From Planctomycetota bacterium (GTDB lineage Bacteria > Planctomycetota > B15-G4): a stretch of DNA of 64,000 nucleotides. Below are positions 27,343 to 37,915 of the stretch, piece by piece. The DNA lies in the NCBI GenBank assembly GCA_965248575.1, contig CBDFJQ010000002.1, forward strand, positions 2,944,001 to 3,008,000, in the 5' to 3' direction. A model generated the notes under the pieces. That model was not told the DNA's origin. It saw nothing but the letters and a program-made list of their open reading frames with translations, and did not search any database. The number at the start of each line of letters is the position of its first letter. Position 1 is the stretch's first letter. The translations under genes and the position numbers were made by a program.

Positions 27343-28575
27343 CTAGACCTCTTCGGTGGTCGGGGCGCCGTAGCTCTCGTAGGTTTCTACGGGGATGTAG
27401 TCGTTCAGGAAGTCGAAGTTCGACGCTTCCTTGATCAGGTTGCGGGCCACCACCATGCGCTGCACCTGGTTCGTGCCTTCGTAGATCTGGGTGATCTTGG
27501 CGTCGCGCATGTACTTCTCGATGGGGTAGTCCTTCATGTAGCCGTAACCACCGAAGATCTGCACCGCGTCGGTGGTGACCTCCATGGCTACGTCTGTCGC
27601 GAAGTTCTTGCTCATGGCGGCCAGCTTGGTGATCTGTGGCGTGTCGCCAAGGTCTACCGCTGTCGCTGCGCGCAGGACCAGGCTGCGTGCGGCCTCGACC
27701 TTGCTCGCCATGCTGCCGAGCATGTCCTGCAGCACTCCCATGGAGGCGATCTTCTTGCCGAACTGCTCGCGCCGCATCGCATAGGTCACCGCGTACTCCA
27801 GGGCGCCCTGTGCAAGACCGACACCTTGTGCGGCCACACCGGGTCGCGCCCGGTCGAGGGTCGCCATGGCGTGCTTGAAGCCATAGCCGGGACGCCCGCC
27901 CAGCAGGTTCGCGGCAGGAACCCGCACGTTGTCGAAGTGCGTTTCGACCACGGGCACCGCGCGAATGCCCATCTTGTTCTCCACCTTCTTGACGGAGAAG
28001 CCCGGCATTCCCTTCTCGACCATCAGCGCCGAGATGCGGCGACTGCGGCTCTTCTCATCGGTGACGGCGAACACGGTGTAGAAGCTCGCCACACCACCAT
28101 TGGTGGTCCACTTCTTCTCACCGTTGATGACCCACTCGTCACCGTCCAGGTGAGCGCGGCAACGCATGCCGCCCGCATCGCTGCCGGCGAATTTCTCGCT
28201 CAGGCAGAAGGCGATCATCTTCTCGCCCTTGGCGATCTGGGGCAGCCATGATTTTTTCTGTTCCTCGGTGCCACCCACCAGGATCGGGAAGGAGCCCAGG
28301 GCATTCACGGCGTAGGCCACGCCCGTCGCGCCACACGCACGGCTCAGCTCTTCAACGACATAGCAGAGCGCCACGATGCCCGCGCCATGCCCGCCGTATT
28401 CCTTGGGAATCCAGACTCCGAGCAGGCCGTTCTCGATGTACGCCTGCCGCACCTCCTCCGGGTACTCCTGCAGCTCGTCGTATTTGGCCGCGATGGGGCG
28501 AACCACCTCCTCAGCGACCTTTCGAGCAACTTCTTTCCAATGCAGGGCTTCTTCGGTGATGACGATCTGGCTCAC
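27343..28575 (-). CDS. Acyl-CoA dehydrogenase
   Basis: FCLSEKFAGSDA, GEKKWTTNG, QIFGGYGY, IYEGTNQVQR. Confidence 0.95.
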   Translation of the reverse strand: MSQIVITEEALHWKEVARKVAEEVVRPIAAKYDELQEYPEEVRQAYIENGLLGVWIPKEYGGHGAGIVALCYVVEELSRACGATGVAYAVNALGSFPILVGGTEEQKKSWLPQIAKGEKMIAFCLSEKFAGSDAGGMRCRAHLDGDEWVINGEKKWTTNGGVASFYTVFAVTDEKSRSRRISALMVEKGMPGFSVKKVENKMGIRAVPVVETHFDNVRVPAANLLGGRPGYGFKHAMATLDRARPGVAAQGVGLAQGALEYAVTYAMRREQFGKKIASMGVLQDMLGSMASKVEAARSLVLRAATAVDLGDTPQITKLAAMSKNFATDVAMEVTTDAVQIFGGYGYMKDYPIEKYMRDAKITQIYEGTNQVQRMVVARNLIKEASNFDFLNDYIPVETYESYGAPTTEEV

Positions 28576-28672
28576 GGAGGGCCTCCTAGGTGAGAATGCC
28601 GGGTCTTCCAAGACCGCCGCCTCGAGATTGCGGCGAGCCCAACAGGATAGCGGCGAACAAGCCCCAACCGCC

Positions 28673-29500
28673 ATGGCCACCATCTATAGAGCACTCTGCG
28701 TCAGCATCCTCCTGGTCTGGGGATATGTGGTCTTCACGGGCCTCGGCGTAGGCGGGGCCGCCGACCCGGCTGGCTCCCAGGCCGCCCTCGCCTGGCATCT
28801 GCGAGTCGGCCTGGCGGGCACCATTGTGCTCGCCCTGGTGCAATCCCTGCCCTTCGCCTACTTCCTCGGTTCACATTTCTGGGTGAAGAAGTTCGCGGAA
28901 ACCGCGCGGGCCGGCGACGACTGGACCGAGCGGCACAAGCTGTGGATGAAGGGGTCGGCCTTCAAGGCGCTCAGTTTCGCTCCCATGATCACCATGGCCG
29001 TGGCCATCGCTGGCAGCATGGTCGAGACTGGACGGGTGCCGCACTGGGTCCACCCCAGCCTGGTGCTCGCGTCCATCGTTGCCCAGCTGGTGTGCGTCGT
29101 GCTCGTGCCACGGGCCATGCTGCGCAATGCGGCTCTCATGGACGAGCTGGCGGACAAGCACCAGGTCCCCTCCCCCGGCACCCCGGAGATGGAGCAGCTC
29201 ATCCAGGAAGAGGAGGCCGTCGCCCTCCCGCCGCTCTTCCAGCTCTCCCGCATCTGCATGCTCTTCGGGGGACAAAGCGTGCTGCTCTGGCTCTACCTGC
29301 GCTTTGGTACCGAGGGCTACCGCCAGGCCCCGGCCCTGCCGTTCATGCTCGGCGCCTGCGTGCTCGTTTCGGTGGGCCTCGGACTCAATGCCCGTTACGA
29401 TCCCTCGCTGCCTTTGTCCGCAGCGAAAGCCTGGACGCGAACGATCACCGTGGGCGTGCTGTCGTGCGCTGTCGTGCTAGGCGTCACCTTCTTCCTGTAG
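28673..29500 (+). CDS. Integral membrane protein
   Basis: About 7 hydrophobic segments; GC3-biased codons. Confidence 0.75.
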   Translation: MATIYRALCVSILLVWGYVVFTGLGVGGAADPAGSQAALAWHLRVGLAGTIVLALVQSLPFAYFLGSHFWVKKFAETARAGDDWTERHKLWMKGSAFKALSFAPMITMAVAIAGSMVETGRVPHWVHPSLVLASIVAQLVCVVLVPRAMLRNAALMDELADKHQVPSPGTPEMEQLIQEEEAVALPPLFQLSRICMLFGGQSVLLWLYLRFGTEGYRQAPALPFMLGACVLVSVGLGLNARYDPSLPLSAAKAWTRTITVGVLSCAVVLGVTFFL

Positions 29501-29546
29501 CGCCCATTCGTTTCTGCGCACCTGCCCGCGCCCCCGGATCCCCTTC

Positions 29547-30014
29547 ATGTCCATCTCAGCTCGACGCAACGTGGTCTTTCTCGTATGGGCGGCCGTGGGC
29601 GTGATGCTCATCTGGCGCGGTCTGCCGTACACGGGCTTTCGCGAGCTCCCCGATGTTGTCGGCCTGGAAGGCAATGACCGCTGGATCGCCGTGGCAGTCG
29701 CCATCGTCGTGGGCTTCGGCAAGGGCTTCACGGCCTTGCGCAAGGGTGCACGGCGAGCGGTGACGCACATCGAAAAGCAAGGTGCCCAGGCTCCCTTCTG
29801 GTCCGTCTTCAGCCCCGTCATGATCCTGCTCGTCCTCATCATGGTGGGAGCCGGCCTGGCGCTGCGACTCTCGCCCTACGACGACGGCATCAAGGCCTGG
29901 ATCGTCGGCATCCTCTACCCAGCCATTGGCATCGCCCTCTTCATCGGGGGTTTTCTTGCGCGCAGCGTGGAGGGGCTCGAGCCGTCCAACGCAGCGGGCG
30001 CAACGGAGTCCTGA
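29547..30014 (+). CDS. Integral membrane protein (4 TM)
   Basis: Hydrophobic helices; GC3-biased codons. Confidence 0.75.
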   Translation: MSISARRNVVFLVWAAVGVMLIWRGLPYTGFRELPDVVGLEGNDRWIAVAVAIVVGFGKGFTALRKGARRAVTHIEKQGAQAPFWSVFSPVMILLVLIMVGAGLALRLSPYDDGIKAWIVGILYPAIGIALFIGGFLARSVEGLEPSNAAGATES

Positions 30015-30188
30015 ATTGACGCAGGCGTGGGTCATGGAAGGCAGGGCCTTGGATGAGGTCTCTCTGCTGCGGCGGAAGGCCTGAGGGTGGCGCGCTTTCC
30101 CGGCACGGAATCGCACCAGAATCGTGCGGGCCTGCGGCCCGGGCAGGCCGTCCGTTGCCGCCGCTCGCAGGCCAATGCAGACCGCGGC

Positions 30189-30527
30189 ATGGCGGACCGC
30201 CGGGGCTTCCTTGCGGAGGTGCGGCAGGACCGGGTGTGCGTTCTGCACGACGCCGACGGCCGTTCGATCTGGCTCGAAAACGTGGATGTGCTCCCGGAGC
30301 CACTGCCATCGGATCACGCCCTCAGCCCGCTGCATGAGGCATACACCTGCCTCGGTGGCCATCGCTTGGAGTTCGAGGAAGGGGTGGGCATCAGCATTTT
30401 CAGCGAAGGCTTCCCCGCCGAACGCCTCGAGGCCCTGCGCGAGCACCTGGGCAACCGACTCCTGGGTCTGGAGGTCGCCGCCTTCGGCGTCCATGAGCTG
30501 GCAGTCCACCTGCGGCTGAGCGACTGA
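30189..30527 (+). CDS. Hypothetical protein
   Basis: Plausible globular composition; co-directional with neighbours; start uncertain. Confidence 0.55.
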   Translation: MADRRGFLAEVRQDRVCVLHDADGRSIWLENVDVLPEPLPSDHALSPLHEAYTCLGGHRLEFEEGVGISIFSEGFPAERLEALREHLGNRLLGLEVAAFGVHELAVHLRLSD

Positions 30528-30673
30528 GCGTCGGCCCCCTGGCCCTGCTAGAGAAGCTGGCCAGCAACTTGCCCTGAACTAGGATGGTTGACTGGACCGC
30601 ATGGGAGGGGCCGTCTATCATGCCGCTCCATTTTGCCTTCCATCGAAGTTTGAGACCCAACGAGTACGGACAC

Positions 30674-30904
30674 ATGGCTGACGTCACCGACAAGTACGCA
30701 GACAACGTCGACGGACCTTTCTACGTCGACACGCAGTGCATCCTCTGCCACCTGTGCTCCGACATCGCACCGGCATTCTTCAAAGAGAGCCCGGACGGCG
30801 ACCACGACTTCGTGCACACCCAGCCGTCCTCGGACGAAGACATCGCCCTCTGCATCGAGGCGATGGAGCAGTGCCCGGTCGAGTCCATCGGCGCGGACGG
30901 CTAA
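30674..30904 (+). CDS. Single-cluster ferredoxin
   Basis: CILCHLC...CP motif; small acidic protein. Confidence 0.92.
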   Translation: MADVTDKYADNVDGPFYVDTQCILCHLCSDIAPAFFKESPDGDHDFVHTQPSSDEDIALCIEAMEQCPVESIGADG

Positions 30905-30920
30905 GCACGTACCCGGGGAA

Positions 30921-30960
30921 GCCCCGGGTACGGCCCCGGTTGCAGCCCCGGTTGCAGCCC
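30921..30960. repeat. 12-bp tandem repeat (gccccggttgca), about 3 copies, between convergent genes
   Basis: gccccgggtacg gccccggttgca gccccggttgca gccc. Confidence 0.7.
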
Positions 30961-31026
30961 TAGCTTCAGCCTAGGCCGGTACACCGAGGGGGTCTTCTTC
31001 GGGAGCCCCCGCGGTCACGATGCCCG

Positions 31027-32892
31027 CTAGCTCCGGACGCCTGCGTCCTTGAGTACTTGCACGATGGGCTCGTACTTCCCGAAGGGTGGGAAGATATAGG
31101 TCCCGCGCACACGTTCGGTGTATCCGGCGGCGGCCTCCAGGCACTCGGTGGCAACGCGCACGCCCACGGCCCGCTGGTCGTCCTTGCTTCGTGCCGCCCG
31201 CAGGCGTTCCAGGATCGGCTCGGGCACTTCCATGCCCGGCACCTCCCGCGTGAGGAACTCGGCGTTCTTCAGGGAGGCCAGGGGCAGGATGCCGACGAAG
31301 AACGGGATGTGCGGAATGTCCTTCGAGAGCTCGAGGAAGCGCTCAAGGCGCTTCACGTCGTAGACCGGCTGGCTGAAGACATACTCGGCGCCCGCCTCGA
31401 TCTTGCGTCGCAGGCGATCCACCTCGTGCTCGACATCCAGGGCGCCGGGGTTGCAACCCACCCCGATCACGAAGTCGGTGCCCTCGTTCTTGCCCACCGG
31501 CTTGCCGGAGAGGTCGAGGCCATGGTTCAGCTTGCGGGCGAAGTCCACCAGCCCGATGGCATCCACGTCGAAGACAGCGGTGGCGTCGGGAAAGTTCCCC
31601 ATCTTGGGCGGATCGCCCGTGATCAGCATCAGGTTGCGCAAGCCCAGGCAGTGCGCGCCGATCAGGTCCATCTGCATCGCCAGCACATTCCGATCGCGGC
31701 AGCAGTAATGGATGATGGTCTCGATGCCCACGGCCTGCTTCACCAGCACAGCCAGCGAGCTCGGGTTCATGCGCGCCATGGCACGCGGGCCGTCGGCGAT
31801 GTTCACCGCGTCGATGCCGTTGTCGTGCAAGAAGCGTGCTGACTCAAGGGAGCGGGTGGGGTCCAGACCGTGAGGTGGGTCCAACTCCACGCTGACCTGG
31901 AAGGTGTTGCCCAACTTGGCGCCCCAGGGGCTTCGCTCGGCGACGGGCTTCGGCGTCACCATCGCCTCCACCCCAGGCGCCTTCGGGTCCACCGTGATGC
32001 GCCGGGGCTGGATCGATGCCAAGAAGGAGCGCACCTCCCGGATCTGCTTCGGGGTCACCCCGCAACAGCCACCGATGAGGCTCGCACCTGTCTGCACGAA
32101 GCGCCGGCTGTACTCCGCCATGTACTCCGGTGACGACAGGTAGACCGAGCGCCCTTCGATCAGGGCGGGGCCGCCAACATTGGGCATGGCGGCCACAGGC
32201 AGTTCGCCGGAGCGCTTGAGGATCTCTACCACCTCGAGGGTCGTGTGCGGGCCGTCACCACAGTTCGCACCCACCACATCAGCGCCCGCCGCCGTGGCCA
32301 TCATGGCTACGTCTTCCGGCTGCACCATGAAGTCGTGGCTGTTCATCACGAAGCCGCGATGGAACGAGAAGTTGGCGACGACCGGCAATGAACTGGTTTC
32401 CTTGCAGGCGCGGATGGCCAGCTGCATGTCGTGCATGCTCGTAAAGGTGTCGAGCACCAGGACGTCTGCACCAGCATCGGCGAGGGCTTCCGCCACCTCC
32501 CGGTAGGCGGCGTCCTGCTCGCTCACACTCATCCCCGTCTCGGCGGCAGTCGGTCCCAGGGGGCCGATGCTGCCCCCGATCCAGATTTTCGGGCCGGCAA
32601 CATCCCGGGCCAGGCGGATCCCGCCGGCCAGGATGTCCTTCAACTGCCCCTCGAGCCCATGGGCCGCCAACTTCGGACGGCTGGCCCCATAGGTGTTTGA
32701 CTCAATCAGGACGCTGCCGGCCTGGATGAAATCGCCGTGGATCGCCTGAACGAGCTTGGGGCTGGAGACATTCAGCTCGTCGTAGCAGCGGTTGATGAAG
32801 ATCCCGCGGCCATAGATCTCCGAGCCCATCCCACCGTCGCTCAGAAGGACCCGCTCAGAAAGTGCTTCCAGAAAAGGCTGACGTTCGGTCAT
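31027..32892 (-). CDS. Bifunctional homocysteine S-methyltransferase / methylenetetrahydrofolate reductase (YitJ-like)
   Basis: DGGMG, GANC, GGCCG (HMT); VELDPP, CRDRN, ITGDP, SQPVYD (MTHFR). Confidence 0.93.
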   Translation of the reverse strand: MTERQPFLEALSERVLLSDGGMGSEIYGRGIFINRCYDELNVSSPKLVQAIHGDFIQAGSVLIESNTYGASRPKLAAHGLEGQLKDILAGGIRLARDVAGPKIWIGGSIGPLGPTAAETGMSVSEQDAAYREVAEALADAGADVLVLDTFTSMHDMQLAIRACKETSSLPVVANFSFHRGFVMNSHDFMVQPEDVAMMATAAGADVVGANCGDGPHTTLEVVEILKRSGELPVAAMPNVGGPALIEGRSVYLSSPEYMAEYSRRFVQTGASLIGGCCGVTPKQIREVRSFLASIQPRRITVDPKAPGVEAMVTPKPVAERSPWGAKLGNTFQVSVELDPPHGLDPTRSLESARFLHDNGIDAVNIADGPRAMARMNPSSLAVLVKQAVGIETIIHYCCRDRNVLAMQMDLIGAHCLGLRNLMLITGDPPKMGNFPDATAVFDVDAIGLVDFARKLNHGLDLSGKPVGKNEGTDFVIGVGCNPGALDVEHEVDRLRRKIEAGAEYVFSQPVYDVKRLERFLELSKDIPHIPFFVGILPLASLKNAEFLTREVPGMEVPEPILERLRAARSKDDQRAVGVRVATECLEAAAGYTERVRGTYIFPPFGKYEPIVQVLKDAGVRS

Positions 32893-33186
32893 CGGCAAAG
32901 ATCGGAGAGGCGTACGGAGGACGAAGGGAGAGTATCCCCGGCCCGATGGAGGGACAAGCTGACAGGAGGCTCCCAGCCGAGAGATAGCGCGCGGAGGAGA
33001 CCGGAGGCCAACGCAGCCGAACCAAGCGGCAGATCGGCCTTTGCCCCGCCGTGACACGGTGGTCAGTTGAGGGCGGGACAGGGGCGAGCCGTGCTAATCT
33101 CCGCCCGCGCCTGAAGATCCACCCCGCGCGACCCACCGACACCCTGCCCCCGGGCGAGTGTCCTGCGACCCGCAAGGAGTCACCGG

Positions 33187-33504
33187 ATGACCGAGAACGA
33201 ACACCCCCTTCGCCAACCCGTCATGGACGCGCTCTCCACGGTCTACGACCCGGAAGTGCCCGTCGACATCGTGAACTTCGGCCTGATCTACGGCCTCGAG
33301 ATCACGGATGACAATGACGTGAAGGTCACCATGAGCCTGACCTCACCCACCTGCCCCGCCGCCCAGTCCATTCCCGAGGAATGCGAGCGCAAGATCAAGG
33401 GCATCGACGATGTGAACGAGATCGAAGTGAACATCGTCTGGGAGCCACCGTGGGGACCCGAGATGATCTCGCCCGAGGGACGCGAGAAGCTGGGCATGGA
33501 CTAG
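33187..33504 (+). CDS. SufT/DUF59 Fe-S cluster assembly protein
   Basis: VYDPE..DIVNFGLIY, TSPTCP, WEPPW. Confidence 0.92.
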   Translation: MTENEHPLRQPVMDALSTVYDPEVPVDIVNFGLIYGLEITDDNDVKVTMSLTSPTCPAAQSIPEECERKIKGIDDVNEIEVNIVWEPPWGPEMISPEGREKLGMD

Positions 33505-33640
33505 CGTCCGGGGCTTCTGACTCCGGTTAGGTCGTGCCGGGTGAGGAGACGAAGCCGCGCACTTCACGCACGATCGTGCGGCAGTCTACGCCTGACCAAT
33601 CGCTGGGGGTCAGTCCTCCCCCCAGGAGGCCAACAGTACA

Positions 33641-33757
33641 CCCTCCCGTGAACACGGGAGGGCGTGGCTGTGGTTCGGACGCAAGCTCTGGAGCGAGTTT
33701 TCGAGGCGAAGCCTCGTTGTCTGAGAGCCAGAATTGCGTTCGAACCACAGGCACGCC
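33641..33757. repeat. Intergenic palindromic element (REPIN/MITE-like), copy A
   Basis: Perfect 10-bp hairpin 33641-33662; imperfect ~30-bp inverted arms 33661-33691/33728-33757; central cgaggcgaagcctcg. Confidence 0.7.
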
Positions 33758-33810
33758 CGGCACGCTACCCACAATGGGGTGAGCTGCCGAGCCGACGCCC
33801 CCTGATGCCG

Positions 33811-36570
33811 CTAGGACTGGACGTCGACAGGGTTGCCGTCGATGTCCAGCTCCACGGGCTCGCCGTAGCCGAGTTCCGTGAGGCTCTCGCGCACGCTGGT
33901 TTTGTCGCCCACGATCAGCAGCGTCATGGCGTCCAGGCGGATGTGTTTCTGCGCCAGGGCATCCAGCTCGTCCTTTCCGATGGACTTGAGCAGCGCCTGC
34001 CGTTGGTCCAGGTAGTCGTCGGCATAGCCGTATTTGCTGACGGCGTTGACCACACCCCGCAGCGCCCTGACCGATTCGTACTGACGGTTCATGGCCTGCT
34101 GCAAGGCGTCCTTGGCGAAGGACGTCTCCTCCTCGGTGAGGCCCTCACGAATTCCGGTCAGCTCGTTGATGACCTCCGTCAGCGACTCCTTGGTCACATC
34201 GGTACGCACGCCGCTCGAGGCCGTGAAGAGGCCCGAGTGCAGGCCACCGCTCATGGAGGAACGGGCGCCGTACGTGTAACCCTTGTCCTCGCGCAGGTTC
34301 ATGTTGATGCGGCTGCTGAAGGAACCGCCCAGCGCGTAGTTCATGATGCTGAAGGGGTAGTAGTCAGGGTCCAGGGCAGACATCCCCGGGTGTCCGATCC
34401 GGATCTGAGACTGGGGCGCCCCGGCCTTGTCCACCAGGAAGACACGCGGTTCGCTGGACGAGGGCTGCGGGCTGACGTTGAGCGCCATGGCCGGTCGCGG
34501 TGACCAGGCCTCGACGAGTGGCCCGAACAGCTCACGGATCCGTTGCTGATCCACATCGCCCACCACCACCAGGCGCGCCTGGTCCGGAACGACCGCACCC
34601 TCGTAGAAGGTGCGCACGTCATCCAGGGTCAATCGACCCACCGTCTCGAGCGTGCCAGAGCTCGGCATGCCGGCGATGGTGCCTTCGCCGTACATGAGTC
34701 GACGCCAGACGGTGCCCGTGATCCCGTTGATGCTGTCTCCGCGGGTCTCGAGCGTGGTCGTTGCCTGGGTCTTCAAACGCTCAAAATCCTCGACGGCGAA
34801 GCGCGGCCGCAAGAGCACATCACCCAGCAGGCTCACCGCCGCATCCAGATGCTTGCTGAGGGTGCGCAGGGAAATGGTGATCTCATCGTCGGTCGAATTC
34901 ACCCCGAGCGAAGCGCCCATGCCGTCCAGCGCATTGGTCAGCCCCACGGCATCGAGATCCTCGGTGCCTTCACCCATGAGACTCGCGGTGAGCCTCGAGA
35001 TGCCCAGGGTCTCCATCTCCTCACGAAGATGACCGCCGGGAACGCTCAACTCGATCTGCACCACGGGGATCTCGTTGTACTTGGTGCCCGTGACGGGGAT
35101 GCCGTTGGGCAAGGTGTCGTGCCAGACCGACGGCGCCCGGAACGTCACGGCGGCGCCGGGGCCGGGCTTCTTGCTGCGGTCGAAATTCTGCTCGGCTGCG
35201 ATCTGCGTCGAGCTGCGGCCAGACGCCACCATGTCCATGCGCCCTTCCGGCACCACGGACATGAGGATCGCAGGCTTGTTCAACACATAGCGCTTCAGGG
35301 CCGCGTCCAGGTCCGCCGTGCTCAGGGCCATGACCTCCCGCAGGTTGCGGGTCGCCTCGCCCGGGTCCTTGAAGAAGGTGTTGGCCTCGCACAGGGCGCT
35401 GGTACGCGAGGACACGGTCTCGAAGCGGTTGACGGTCCTGGATTCGTAGCGGGCCTTCAGGCGATCCAGGTGTTCCTGTTCCACGCCGTCACGACCCAGC
35501 TGTGCCAGCAGGTCGCGCACCCGGCTCTCGACTTCGTCCAGCGACACACCGGACACCGGACGCAGGGAAACATGAAACTCGCCCGCCTGCTCGTCGCCGC
35601 GGTGATAGGCCGTGACGTAGTCCACCACCGTCTCGTCAATGGTCAACGCCTTGTCCAGGAGCGCGGCCTTGTTGGCCGACAACACCTGCGCCAGCATCAT
35701 CATGGCCGCAGCATCCTTGTGGGATTTCTCCACGCCTGGCCAGGTCATCGTGATCTGTGGCAGTTGCACCTTGTCCACCATGGACAGGCGCACATCCTGA
35801 TCGAGGGAGACGCGCCGCACGGCAGGGTCCTCGACCGTCGGCCCGCGCGGAATGCTGCCGAAGTACTTCTCCACCAGTTGCAACGCCCGGCCGGGGTCCA
35901 CATCACCGCCGATGGCCAACGTGGCGTTGTTGGGGCCATACCAGCGCTGGAAGAAATTGACGACGTCTTCCAGGCTCGCCGCCGACAGGTCCTCATGGCT
36001 GCCGATGGTCGTCCAGTTGTAAGGGTGATCGCTGGGATAGAGCCCCGCCATGATGGCGCCCCCCGCCTGGGCGTACGGGCGGTTCTCGTAGTTCTGCCGA
36101 CGCTCGTTCTTCACCACCTCGCGTTGGTTGTCGAGCTTCTCCTGCGTGATGGCCGGGAGCAGGAACCCCATGCGGTCCGCCTCCAACCACAGGGCCAGCT
36201 CGAGCTGGTTGGCGGGCATGGTCTCGAAGTAGTTGGTGCGCTCACGATTGGTGGTGCCGTTCAGCGTTCCGCCGCCCTCGCTCACCAGCTTGAAGTGCTG
36301 GTCGTCGCCCACGTTCTCGGAACCCTGGAACATGAGGTGCTCGAAGAGGTGCGCGAAGCCCGACCGCCCGCGCTCTTCCCGCCCGCTGCCCACGTGATAG
36401 ACGACGTAGACAGCAACGACCGGGTCGCTGTGATCCTCGTGAATGACCACCTCGAGTCCATTGTCGAGGACGTGCTTCTCAAACGGGACCTGGAACTCCT
36501 GGGCCATCGTGACTCCGGAAGGCGTAAGCGCTGCCAAGCAAGCAGCGACCGCGAGAGAGGAAATGAACAT
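33811..36570 (-). CDS. M16 family zinc peptidase (single chain, four domains), secreted
   Basis: Signal peptide; HLFEH (HxxEH); NGTT; second-half LREDKGYTY motif. Confidence 0.94.
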   Translation of the reverse strand: MFISSLAVAACLAALTPSGVTMAQEFQVPFEKHVLDNGLEVVIHEDHSDPVVAVYVVYHVGSGREERGRSGFAHLFEHLMFQGSENVGDDQHFKLVSEGGGTLNGTTNRERTNYFETMPANQLELALWLEADRMGFLLPAITQEKLDNQREVVKNERRQNYENRPYAQAGGAIMAGLYPSDHPYNWTTIGSHEDLSAASLEDVVNFFQRWYGPNNATLAIGGDVDPGRALQLVEKYFGSIPRGPTVEDPAVRRVSLDQDVRLSMVDKVQLPQITMTWPGVEKSHKDAAAMMMLAQVLSANKAALLDKALTIDETVVDYVTAYHRGDEQAGEFHVSLRPVSGVSLDEVESRVRDLLAQLGRDGVEQEHLDRLKARYESRTVNRFETVSSRTSALCEANTFFKDPGEATRNLREVMALSTADLDAALKRYVLNKPAILMSVVPEGRMDMVASGRSSTQIAAEQNFDRSKKPGPGAAVTFRAPSVWHDTLPNGIPVTGTKYNEIPVVQIELSVPGGHLREEMETLGISRLTASLMGEGTEDLDAVGLTNALDGMGASLGVNSTDDEITISLRTLSKHLDAAVSLLGDVLLRPRFAVEDFERLKTQATTTLETRGDSINGITGTVWRRLMYGEGTIAGMPSSGTLETVGRLTLDDVRTFYEGAVVPDQARLVVVGDVDQQRIRELFGPLVEAWSPRPAMALNVSPQPSSSEPRVFLVDKAGAPQSQIRIGHPGMSALDPDYYPFSIMNYALGGSFSSRINMNLREDKGYTYGARSSMSGGLHSGLFTASSGVRTDVTKESLTEVINELTGIREGLTEEETSFAKDALQQAMNRQYESVRALRGVVNAVSKYGYADDYLDQRQALLKSIGKDELDALAQKHIRLDAMTLLIVGDKTSVRESLTELGYGEPVELDIDGNPVDVQS

Positions 36571-36746
36571 GGCGCACTCCTGCGAGCGATCTGTGAATGG
36601 GCACGGCCGTGCGACATCTCTCGCGCCCTAATCGCAAGACATGCCTTCGACGCCACGGGCCGGTGGGCCGAACAGGGTATCACGCACCCGATTCTCGCAG
36701 CCGCGCCCCACCCGTCCGACAAAGCCCCCGTTGGTAGGATGACGCC

Positions 36747-37754
36747 ATGCCCGACGAAGCATCCAACCCAGGACCCAGCACGTGGACTCTCGCGAGCTTG
36801 GAAGAGCGTCTCCAGGAGTTGCGGGCTGCCGTGGCCGAGCGAGCCCGGCTCACGAAACGCCTGGAATCCACACGACGACACCAAGCCTTCCTGCACGCCC
36901 GCATCGGGAAACTCCAGGCTCGGGTGGATCGCGAGCAAGCGGATGTCGAGACCTACGAGGAGGCCACTCTTTCGGCATTGATGGAACAGTGGTTCGGAGA
37001 TCTCGAGGCACGGCAGGACAAGGAACGGCGTGAGTGGGTCAGCGCATGCCTGCACCTGGAACAGGCGCGGGCAGAGCTGGCCTCCACCAAGGCTGACTGC
37101 TTGGCGCTCGAACGCCGCATCGGGACCCACGCCGACCCCAACGAGGACTACGCGCGTTTCCTCAGCCACAAGGATCGCTGGCTCACCGAGCATGGCGCGG
37201 ATGCCCTGACCCGCACTCTGCACGTCGCAGAACGAAACGCCGTTCTGGCTGACGCCTTGCGAGAGCTCGATGAAGCACTCTGGGCTGGGCAGGTCGCCAA
37301 GGCAGCGCTGACCGGTGTCTTGCACGCCCTCTCGAAGGCCCAGGCCCTGGGCCGTCTCGACATGGTCGGCATGGCCTCGAGCTTCGGGAAGTTCAGTCAC
37401 ATCGACGACGCCCACCGCCACGCCTCCTCCGCCAACCGTGCCCTCTCCCGATTCCAGATGGAGTTGGCGGATGTTCAGACTCGCCACGAAGCCCAGCTGA
37501 GCATGGAGGTCAAGGGGCTCGCCACCTTCGCGGACTTCTTCCTCGACGACCTGGTCAGCGACTGGGTCGTGCAGTGCCGCATCGATCGCTCCCACAGCAG
37601 CGCCAGCATTGCCCGCACCCGGGTGAACCGCTCCTTGCGTGTCCTGGTGGAACGTCGCCACCATGTCTCTCGCGAACTGAAGCACGCTTCGACGGCAGCA
37701 AGCCAAGTGCCTTCGCGCCCTCACCCCCCAACATCGTCTTCCGACGGTCCATGA
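36747..37754 (+). CDS. Coiled-coil hypothetical protein
   Basis: Long heptad helices; FADFFLDDLVSD C-terminal motif; TGgTAGGAT 6 nt before the ATG. Confidence 0.75.
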   Translation: MPDEASNPGPSTWTLASLEERLQELRAAVAERARLTKRLESTRRHQAFLHARIGKLQARVDREQADVETYEEATLSALMEQWFGDLEARQDKERREWVSACLHLEQARAELASTKADCLALERRIGTHADPNEDYARFLSHKDRWLTEHGADALTRTLHVAERNAVLADALRELDEALWAGQVAKAALTGVLHALSKAQALGRLDMVGMASSFGKFSHIDDAHRHASSANRALSRFQMELADVQTRHEAQLSMEVKGLATFADFFLDDLVSDWVVQCRIDRSHSSASIARTRVNRSLRVLVERRHHVSRELKHASTAASQVPSRPHPPTSSSDGP

Positions 37755-37915
37755 GTTCGGCTTCGCGGGGTGTCATGCCGAAAGAGGTCGCGTCGAAGTC
37801 GAACGCCCCGTCGAGCACACCGCACACCGGTTGGTAGTCGCCTTGCGGGAGCACCCGAAAAGCGGCCTGTCATGCCAATGATGGCAATCGGTTCCCGCTC
37901 CACGGCCGTCGACAT
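37747..37915 (-). pseudogene. Type I PKS ketosynthase N-terminal remnant (internal deletion plus frameshift)
   Basis: One frame gives MSTAVEREPIAIIGMTGRFSGA; a second gives YQPVCGVLDGAFDFDATSFGMTPREAELMD; both match the KS N-terminal consensus. Confidence 0.8.

Noticed and set aside
32893..33186. SAM riboswitch upstream of the HMT/MTHFR gene
   Set aside because: No recognisable SAM-I core or terminator
34543..36981. 812-aa + strand ORF
   Set aside because: Antisense shadow of the M16 peptidase; typical high-GC artefact with no motifs
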